A DNA stretch of 64,000 nucleotides from Candidatus Sumerlaeota bacterium (GTDB lineage: Bacteria; Sumerlaeota; Sumerlaeia; MWCT01; JAUWMI01): positions 32,610-96,609 of the forward strand of contig JAUWMI010000004.1 of the NCBI GenBank assembly GCA_030613245.1, in the 5' to 3' direction. Below, piece by piece: positions 57,549 to 64,000 of this stretch. A program made the translations under genes and the position numbers. The notes beneath the pieces are model-generated. The model was not told where the DNA came from. It made no database searches and saw only the letters and a list, made by a program, of their open reading frames with translations. Within the stretch, counting starts at the first letter, position 1. Each line of letters begins with the position of its first letter.

Positions 57549-58574
57549 TTAGTAAATTTCAGGCTTTGGGCTGCGACGCATAAGCTTGGCAACGGCATCC
57601 TTTGGCGGCCGATCTTTGAAGATAATATTATAGACTTCCTCGGTAATTGGCATTGAAACATCATGCCGCTTAGCCAATTGACGAGCAGCCTGAGTAGTTG
57701 TGATGCCTTCCACGACCATGCCAATTTGGCGTTGTACCTCTTTTACGGTTAAGCCTCGAGCAATCCGCTCGCCAAAAGCACGATTTCTGCTATGGCGGCT
57801 CAGGGCGGTCACAATCAGGTCACCCACGCCAGCGAGGCCAGTAAAAGTCTGGACGTCGGCACCCATGGCCTTGCCCAGGCGAATAATCTCAGCCAGACCG
57901 CGTGTTAGCAGCGCAGCTTTCGCGTTGTCGCCAAGCTTGAGGCCGTCGCACACACCCGCCGCAATCGCAATGATATTTTTTAGCGCACCTCCCAGCTCGA
58001 CACCCAGAACATCCTGATGCGTATACACACGGAATGTGGGCGTCATGAAGAGCTGCTGTACGGTTCCTGCAGTTTTCTTATGATAGGCAGACACAACTAC
58101 GGAGGTGGGTGCCCCTCGCGACACCTCCTCGGCATGGCTCGGGCCGGACAGCACGCACAGCTGATCCCGAACCGCTTCCCCAATAACATCGAGCGCCACG
58201 CACGATAGCGTCGTCAGTTGCTTGGTGTCCAGACCCTTTGCCCCAATGATGATTGGCGCATTGAGGCGCGCAATGCCCAGCGATTTTAGCTGCTCACACA
58301 GCGCTCGCATCCCGTGCGACGGAATTGCTATGACAATCGTATTTGCTTGGCGGAGGGCCTTCTGGAGGTCGTTGGTAATCATAATCCTCTTGGGCAGATA
58401 CACATGGGGAAGGCGGTGAGGGATACGGCTTTTTACCAGAGACGCGACAACCTTTTCATCAATATCCCAGATCTGTACTTTAAAGCGCTTCAGCGAGAGC
58501 AGGTGGGCGAGCGTTGTTCCCCAGGTTCCGCCACCCAGAACGCAGACGACAGGTTTGGCGCTGGTTTGGCTCAT
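57549..58574 (-). CDS. gpsA: NAD(P)H-dependent glycerol-3-phosphate dehydrogenase
   Basis: VCVLGGGTWGTTLAHLL Rossmann motif. The GpsA-type C-terminal domain ends the 341-aa protein. Confidence 0.9.
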   Translation of the reverse strand: MSQTSAKPVVCVLGGGTWGTTLAHLLSLKRFKVQIWDIDEKVVASLVKSRIPHRLPHVYLPKRIMITNDLQKALRQANTIVIAIPSHGMRALCEQLKSLGIARLNAPIIIGAKGLDTKQLTTLSCVALDVIGEAVRDQLCVLSGPSHAEEVSRGAPTSVVVSAYHKKTAGTVQQLFMTPTFRVYTHQDVLGVELGGALKNIIAIAAGVCDGLKLGDNAKAALLTRGLAEIIRLGKAMGADVQTFTGLAGVGDLIVTALSRHSRNRAFGERIARGLTVKEVQRQIGMVVEGITTTQAARQLAKRHDVSMPITEEVYNIIFKDRPPKDAVAKLMRRSPKPEIY

Positions 58575-58673
58575 ATCCGCTTGTTCCTTCCATCAAGCTG
58601 CCCGAGAATGAACATGTGGCAAGAGATGTTTGTGCATTTTAGAATAATCCTGCTGGTGTCTTAGTGACACCAG

Positions 58674-59282
58674 CTAAAAAATCTTTGACTCTGTTCCTTG
58701 CGCCAAGCGCTTTATATTCTCACGGTGTCTCCAGACGACCAGGCCTCCGAGAAGAACAGTAAGCATCACAAGCGGCAGCGAACGTGGTCCAACAAGCAGC
58801 AGAAAGATCGGAAGCAGGATAGCGCCGGTTAATGACCCGAGTGACACGTAACGCGTGCTGGCTATCAAAATCAGACAAATGCTGAAGGTCAAGAGCAGTG
58901 CCTTTGGAGCAAGGGCGAGATACACCCCTATCGTAGTGGCCACTCCTTTGCCCCCTTTAAACTTCAAGCAAATTGTGAACATATGGCCGATAACCGCTGC
59001 AAGACCAATGCAAAGCGCCTGGTTCTCTTGACTCAAGAAACCCGATGCGCTCCCTCCAGTGATGAGCGGAAAGAGAAGCGTTGGAAAGAAGCCTTTAGCA
59101 GCGTCCAGGATAAGTACGGCAATTCCCACGGGTTTGCCGAGCACACGCATGGCGTTCGTCGCACCGACATTTCGGCTTCCATGCTCGCGCAGGTCAATGC
59201 CACGCAGTATTTTCCCGAGAATAAAGCTTGTCGGGATTGACCCAATCAGATATGCAATCAACAATAGTGCAAGAAACGCCAT
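58674..59282 (-). CDS. plsY: Glycerol-3-phosphate acyltransferase PlsY
   Basis: LIGSIPTSFILGK...EHGSRNVGATNAMRVLG is the canonical PlsY motif. 202 aa. Confidence 0.9.
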   Translation of the reverse strand: MAFLALLLIAYLIGSIPTSFILGKILRGIDLREHGSRNVGATNAMRVLGKPVGIAVLILDAAKGFFPTLLFPLITGGSASGFLSQENQALCIGLAAVIGHMFTICLKFKGGKGVATTIGVYLALAPKALLLTFSICLILIASTRYVSLGSLTGAILLPIFLLLVGPRSLPLVMLTVLLGGLVVWRHRENIKRLAQGTESKIF

Positions 59283-59396
59283 TAAACTCCCTTTGCACGA
59301 GCAATCTTTTCAATTTATCACTAAAGGCGACACTATTCGAGTCAGGTAACCATGCGGATACCTGTTACTGCTCAATTCAGACCGGCAGCGCTCATG

Positions 59397-60767
59397 CTAT
59401 CTTCTGCGCGGCCGGGATGCCGAATCGGCTCTCCTTCGGAGTTTTAGCCGAATGGGAACTCCCTCAAATTCAAATTCTTCACGCAGTTGATTCACTAAGT
59501 AGCGTTGATATGAAAAGTGCATCAGTGTCGGGTCGTTGACAAACAACGCAAAGCTCGGCGGTAGAACGCCTATTTGAGTGACATAGTGAATCTTCAGCGC
59601 CTTGCCCTTCCGGACAGGAGGAGGGAATTGTTTGAGGACACGCTCCATTGTCTTGTTGAGCAGCGGGGTTTTGATTTCTTTGAGAGCCAAAGCATACAGC
59701 TTATCAACCAGCGGCAAGATCGTCATGACTCGTTGTCCAGATAGTGCGGACACGAAGACAATCGGCGGAAAGGGCAAGAAATTGAATTCGCGACGCAAAA
59801 TCTTGGCATAAGCGCCACTGGTGTCTGTGTCTTTCTCAACGGCATCCCACTTGTTAACAACAATAATACAAGCCTTACCGGCTTCCAGTGCGTACCCGCC
59901 AATATGTGTGTCCTGCTGCACAACGCCGAACTGCGCATCGAGCACCAGCAGTGCAATATCGCAACGCTCCAGACTCATAATGGAAGAGGCTACTACGAGT
60001 CTTTCGATTCCTCTGGCGATTTTCCCACGGCGCCGGATGCCTGCAGTATCAATAATCGTATAGCGGCGTCCTGCAAGTTCAAATGTGGTGTCAATGGCGT
60101 CGTGTGTAGTGCCAGGCGTTGCGTGGGCAATTACCCGCTGCTGTCCGAGAAGCGTATTAATGAGGGTAGATTTCCCCACGTTCTGGCGCCCCACTACGGC
60201 AATGCGAATACCGCCTGCCTGATCTCCTACATCCGTCGTCGGAGCAGGAAGTGCAGCCACCGCATCATCAAGTAGCTGGCTGATTCCCAGTCCGTGCGTG
60301 GAGGAGACTGGATAGATTGTGGATACACCAAAACGGCTGAAGCTATAAGCCTGGGCTTTGCGCTTTGAATCGTCACACTTATTCACGACGATAAAGAAGG
60401 GCTTTCCGGTGTTCCGCAGCTCATGCACAATATCTTCATCTAAGGGATTAAGAGTCTCGGAAACATCCGTCAGAAAAAGAACCAGATGAGCTTCTTCAAT
60501 TGCCAGACGTGTTTGTTCACGCATGTGTGCGACTATCTCTTCCTGACTGTCAGGCTCGTATCCCCCTGTATCCACCAGCAGGAAGTCCTTGCCCTCCCAG
60601 CTGCTGCGGGCATACTTACGGTCGCGCGTCAGGCCGGGCGCAGCCGATACAACAGCCTTTCGAAATCCAATAATTCGATTAAAGAGAGTAGACTTGCCGA
60701 CATTAGGCCTTCCGATAATAGCCACGATTGGAAGTGGGGGAGTGACGATGCTGACCTTAGCGCTCAT
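59397..60767 (-). CDS. der: Ribosome-associated GTPase Der (EngA), two tandem GTPase domains + KH-like domain
   Basis: GRPNVGKSTLFN and GRQNVGKSTLIN G1 motifs. The start was chosen at MSAKVS (60767) to avoid overlap with the DUF512 gene. Confidence 0.9.
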   Translation of the reverse strand: MSAKVSIVTPPLPIVAIIGRPNVGKSTLFNRIIGFRKAVVSAAPGLTRDRKYARSSWEGKDFLLVDTGGYEPDSQEEIVAHMREQTRLAIEEAHLVLFLTDVSETLNPLDEDIVHELRNTGKPFFIVVNKCDDSKRKAQAYSFSRFGVSTIYPVSSTHGLGISQLLDDAVAALPAPTTDVGDQAGGIRIAVVGRQNVGKSTLINTLLGQQRVIAHATPGTTHDAIDTTFELAGRRYTIIDTAGIRRRGKIARGIERLVVASSIMSLERCDIALLVLDAQFGVVQQDTHIGGYALEAGKACIIVVNKWDAVEKDTDTSGAYAKILRREFNFLPFPPIVFVSALSGQRVMTILPLVDKLYALALKEIKTPLLNKTMERVLKQFPPPVRKGKALKIHYVTQIGVLPPSFALFVNDPTLMHFSYQRYLVNQLREEFEFEGVPIRLKLRRRADSASRPRRR

Positions 60768-62073
60768 GTATTGCTCCAAGGGCTTCGGCAATGAATACCT
60801 TAACATCATTAGGCACAACTCTCACGTCAGACTTGGTTGACGCTGCGAGCTGGTACAGGCTCATATTGTCGAGAAAGAGATCATCTTCCGGCCGCAGGCA
60901 ATTTGCCGGGATAAAATATGTGTCGTAGCCAGGATGCCTGCGAATGGTGCGCAAAATATCCTTGCCTGCCAATAGTCCAGTCACAGTCACTGTGGGGCCG
61001 AACAGACGGTTTGAAACAACCAGGGGGTCAAGCCGCAAATTCCTGATCTGGTTCAATCGCATAATGATGCGACGCAGAACGCTCTCTCCGAGCTTGCTGG
61101 TTATTACGCCGACACGCCGTTGTTGTGACAAGGATTTCGGCAGTCTGCGAACGGCCTTGCCGTAGTGCTCATAGAATTGCCACACCATGCCTATGCCGTT
61201 TTCCAATTGCGGCACCATGTCGAATCCGCGGTACGATGGAGGGTTTCTGCCTGCCAGCAGGTAGAACTCGTCGCTTAAGAACAGGATACAGCGGCCAAGA
61301 TTCCTGGTCAATGTTTGCCTGAGCGGCTCTATCTGGTGCAAGAATCCCCGGGCGTAGGCGGGCGTTACACGCATGAGCTGCGCTGCGCGAGGACGATATT
61401 TCGTCAGCCCCACGGGCACAATAGCAATCGAAAGGAGGTAGGGGTAAAATTGCGCAAGCTCAGTAATGGTACGTTGTAGATACGTCCCGTTATTCAAGCC
61501 AGGGCAGAGCACGATTTGGCTGTGGAACGAGATGGTGTGCCTCCTGAGCCGCCGGAGAATCTGGAGAATGTCAGGTGCCTGTTTGCGACCGAGCATCTTA
61601 AGCCGAAGCACGGGATCAGTGGTGTGGACAGAGATGTAAAGCGGCGACAGGCGCTGCCGGGCAATTCGGGTAAAATCTGCTTCGGTCAAATCCGTAGCTG
61701 TTATATAGTTGCCGTGCAAAAACGACAGCCGGTAATCCTCATCTTTGACGTAGAGCTCCTTGCGCAGGTTCGGAGGAAGCTGGTGAAAAAAGCAGAAGAG
61801 ACAACGGTTCCGGCAACGACGGATTTGCAATGGCTCAGCGGTCAAACCCAGCGGGTATTCTTCAGAGCGTTTCTGGATGCAGACGGTCTTCAGGCCACCT
61901 GTGCGCGATTTGATCTCAAGGCGAAGTCGCTTTCGGGCTGAGAAGTAAAGAAAATCGAGCGCGTCATGCACAGGGTAATTGTTAATTCTAAGCAGATGGT
62001 CGCCCGCACGAATGCCATAACGCGCAGCAAGCCCATCTGGTTCGACGTGTTGAACGCGGACACCGTGGCGCAT
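60757..62073 (-). CDS. DUF512-family protein with an N-terminal PDZ domain (radical-SAM-like fold; typical der-neighbour in Firmicutes/Cyanobacteria-like genomes)
   Basis: PDZ-like region GVRVQHVEPDGLAARYGIRAGDHLLRINN. The DUF512 core includes CRNRCLFCFF. The start was set at the internal Met (62073) so that it abuts the pgsA stop. Confidence 0.7.
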   Translation of the reverse strand: MRHGVRVQHVEPDGLAARYGIRAGDHLLRINNYPVHDALDFLYFSARKRLRLEIKSRTGGLKTVCIQKRSEEYPLGLTAEPLQIRRCRNRCLFCFFHQLPPNLRKELYVKDEDYRLSFLHGNYITATDLTEADFTRIARQRLSPLYISVHTTDPVLRLKMLGRKQAPDILQILRRLRRHTISFHSQIVLCPGLNNGTYLQRTITELAQFYPYLLSIAIVPVGLTKYRPRAAQLMRVTPAYARGFLHQIEPLRQTLTRNLGRCILFLSDEFYLLAGRNPPSYRGFDMVPQLENGIGMVWQFYEHYGKAVRRLPKSLSQQRRVGVITSKLGESVLRRIIMRLNQIRNLRLDPLVVSNRLFGPTVTVTGLLAGKDILRTIRRHPGYDTYFIPANCLRPEDDLFLDNMSLYQLAASTKSDVRVVPNDVKVFIAEALGAIHER

Positions 62074-62077
62074 ACCG

Positions 62078-62713
62078 CTAACCCGTTGCTGGGCGTGAGT
62101 CTTTATAGTGCGAAAGCATTTTGGTTCCAATAAGAATGTAATGTAGTCCGGAGAAAATCGTAATTGCAAGGGTTATGTGGGAGATCAAACTTGTAGGGAA
62201 GAGGAATTGCTCGACCGTACCGCGGCCGCTGGTGATCAGGTAATTGGCCAATGCAACTTCAAAAATCGTGAAGGTCTGACAAACTGTTGTGGCTTTGCTC
62301 AGAAGCGTGGGCCGATACTCGAGATCCTTGATGAGAATTTGCAGGATGCCCACACCCAGTAAAATCACGACATCGCGAAAAATAACTACAATAGTGAGCC
62401 AAGCACGGACAGTAATCACTCCCGTCGTATCGCGAATGAGGAATGACATCGAGATAAAGGCAGTAACCAGAAGCAATTTATCGGCAATCGGATCGAGAAA
62501 ACTGCCCAGCCATGTCTTTTGCTTTAATGCCCGAGCAATGATGCCATCTGCTGCATCCGTCAAAGCGGAAAACACAAACACTAAAAGCACCCAGCCCCAC
62601 CTACCGTAGTAAACCAAAATTGCCAACAGCGGCACGCAGACAATGCGGAGTAAGGTCAGCTTGGTTGCGTGATTAATCTTTAGCGGATGCAGCTTTACCC
62701 GAAGCATTACCAC
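62078..62713 (-). CDS. pgsA: CDP-alcohol phosphatidyltransferase (PgsA-like)
   Basis: LTDAADGIIARALKQKTWLGSFLDPIADK fits the D-G-x2-A-R...G...D-x3-D signature. Confidence 0.85.
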   Translation of the reverse strand: MVMLRVKLHPLKINHATKLTLLRIVCVPLLAILVYYGRWGWVLLVFVFSALTDAADGIIARALKQKTWLGSFLDPIADKLLLVTAFISMSFLIRDTTGVITVRAWLTIVVIFRDVVILLGVGILQILIKDLEYRPTLLSKATTVCQTFTIFEVALANYLITSGRGTVEQFLFPTSLISHITLAITIFSGLHYILIGTKMLSHYKDSRPATG

Positions 62714-64000
62714 TTCCTTTCACTGTTACCAGAACCTTGCGTACAGTAGTATTGCCCTCGTCATCCGTAACCATAAGACTGAGCGTATGTTCACCAACTG
62801 TTAATGATTCCGTATCAAAGGCAAATAGTTCCTCAGCAGCGTCAAAAATGCCATCTGTAGGCATGAGGTACAGCCAGTCGTCGGCGTCAACGTTATACTG
62901 CACCGCAGCAATAATGCTCGCCCCGTCCTTTGCAGTGGCGGTGATCGTAAAAATGCCCGCTGACTTCTCACGTGCACTGAACGTGGCAATCTCGGGTGGG
63001 GTATTATCTACAACAAAGAGCTCGCTGACCAGCGATGCAGTCCGTGCCAGCGGCTCAGGGTTGCTCGGCAAATCGGTCACCCCCACTTTGATCCTGTACG
63101 GGCCATCTGGAATAGATACGGTCTCAAACGTATACCGGGTGTTTGTAATCTCGTCTTCGATTTCCTTCCAGGTTGTCTCGCTTTCACCTTTGAAATAGAG
63201 GGTAGCTTCCAATTCATCGTCGTTAGCGTCGGAAACGTCCCAGGAAATTGTAATTTTTTTCGGATTGGAGTCGGCAGCTTTGCCAACGGCTTTCTCATCC
63301 GTTCCAGGACGCCCTCTCAGATTACCAACCAAAGGGGCTTTCTTGTCTATTCCAGGCTCAGTGGGTCTCTTGATCTCGGGCTTCGCTGCAACTCTGGCCT
63401 TTTTGACAGTAATTCGTTTAATCCGAGGAGCCAGATTCGGCATAGTGTAGTAGATTTCTGCAAAATCCAGGACAGGCCCTGCAGCCGCTTTCTTTTTCTT
63501 CTGTAGTTTAACTTGCCACTGGAGAAATTGCGCAATGGGGCTTGTGATCGGGACTCTTTGATTGGGCACCGGTGCGAACTCCGACCACGGGCTCCAGGTG
63601 TCGTCGGGCTCAGAACTGTTGCCACTGCGCGTGGCAAGACTTAGCTGCACCCCGGCAGGCATCTCAGCCTGGATGAAACAATTTCCCCATTTCACCGCGG
63701 TCTTTGCATCAACAGCACGTGACCAGAAGATTCCCTCTTCAGCCTCATCAAACTGTAACTGGTAGACCACCCCGCCACTCCCTGTTGAAACAGCAAGCCC
63801 GCCAGCACGAGGCCCTATAGACAGAAGATACTTCTCCTCGACGCTGCGCAGAAGCGTGAAGTCCCCATTATCCTTCACGACGTAGAGATTCCCTTTCTCG
63901 CCAGCGGCAGCCAGAAGGTGCTTCCGTTGAGGATCAAAATAAAGGCAGTGAATCGGAGTTTCTTCTGGTCTCCAGATTTCCTCGACGTATCCCTGCGGAT
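62673..64000 (-). CDS. Secreted FN3/Ig-like + beta-propeller-repeat protein, 5' end outside the window
   Basis: The frame is open to nt 64000 (...NLYVVKDNGDFTLL...). FN3-like blocks follow (ITISWDVSDANDDELEATLYF). The C-terminus is GSGNASGKAASAKD. Confidence 0.5.
   Translation of the reverse strand, partial: PQGYVEEIWRPEETPIHCLYFDPQRKHLLAAAGEKGNLYVVKDNGDFTLLRSVEEKYLLSIGPRAGGLAVSTGSGGVVYQLQFDEAEEGIFWSRAVDAKTAVKWGNCFIQAEMPAGVQLSLATRSGNSSEPDDTWSPWSEFAPVPNQRVPITSPIAQFLQWQVKLQKKKKAAAGPVLDFAEIYYTMPNLAPRIKRITVKKARVAAKPEIKRPTEPGIDKKAPLVGNLRGRPGTDEKAVGKAADSNPKKITISWDVSDANDDELEATLYFKGESETTWKEIEDEITNTRYTFETVSIPDGPYRIKVGVTDLPSNPEPLARTASLVSELFVVDNTPPEIATFSAREKSAGIFTITATAKDGASIIAAVQYNVDADDWLYLMPTDGIFDAAEELFAFDTESLTVGEHTLSLMVTDDEGNTTVRKVLVTVKGSGNASGKAASAKD

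Noticed and set aside
1-64000. CRISPR arrays, integrases/transposases, toxin-antitoxin pairs.
   Set aside because: No regularly spaced direct repeats. No ORF with recombinase/DDE motifs. The only defence-related signal is the decayed RM tail at 7930-8028.

Overview
This 64 kb window is bacterial, roughly 50% GC by eye, with dense gene packing (frequent start/stop overlaps) and Shine-Dalgarno-type ribosome-binding sites. Taxon is unknown. It has three parts.

(1) Left flank, about 1-20.7 kb. Mostly housekeeping genes: rfbB, a GNAT acetyltransferase, an O-antigen-ligase-like membrane protein, a GT4 glycosyltransferase, and a minus-strand run of mutS, truA, a class-I aminotransferase and a TMTC-like GT-C/TPR membrane protein. 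Then come comF, serS, an RNase H fusion and an HGSNAT-like acyltransferase. Between 5.8 and 8.3 kb lies a rearrangement scar. It holds two roughly 70 bp direct repeats, gene remnants, CA-rich tandem/inverted repeats and a lower-GC gene for a secreted repeat protein.

(2) Centre, about 20.7-55.8 kb. It opens with a 0.9 kb AT-rich gene desert carrying operator-like palindromes, followed by a small secreted protein and an HTH-PilZ regulator. The regulator heads a roughly 32 kb exopolysaccharide/surface-glycan locus. The plus-strand genes are Wza, a polysaccharide co-polymerase (PCP), a BY-kinase-like ATPase, a priming phosphoglycosyltransferase with an N-terminal degenerate GGDEF-like domain, and a Gfo/Idh/MocA oxidoreductase. 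They continue with GT4 and GT2 transferases, a pyruvyl transferase with its FrhB-like partner, Wzy, NodB-type deacetylases, FemAB-like proteins, a hexapeptide acetyltransferase and a DegT aminotransferase. The run ends with an ATP-grasp ligase, a SAM methyltransferase and an AsnB-like amidotransferase. Convergent on the minus strand are a roughly 1,194-aa beta-helix/FN3/LamG secreted protein, a GT2, a Wzx flippase and a membrane protein. Many members resemble the PEP-CTERM/exosortase-associated EPS gene set, but no exosortase is seen in the window.

(3) Right flank, 55.8-64 kb. A lipoprotein, tRNA-Pro(GGG), a MerR regulator and the conserved block gpsA-plsY-der-DUF512/PDZ-pgsA, plus a partial secreted beta-propeller/FN3 protein running off the window edge.

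The most interesting hypothesis is c-di-GMP control of the EPS locus at two levels. One level is an excisionase-type HTH-PilZ transcription factor at the head of the locus. The other is a degenerate GGDEF-like domain, with an intact RxxD I-site and the GG(D/E)EF active site replaced by REDGK, fused to the priming glycosyltransferase. All calls are made by eye from motifs; no database searches were run.
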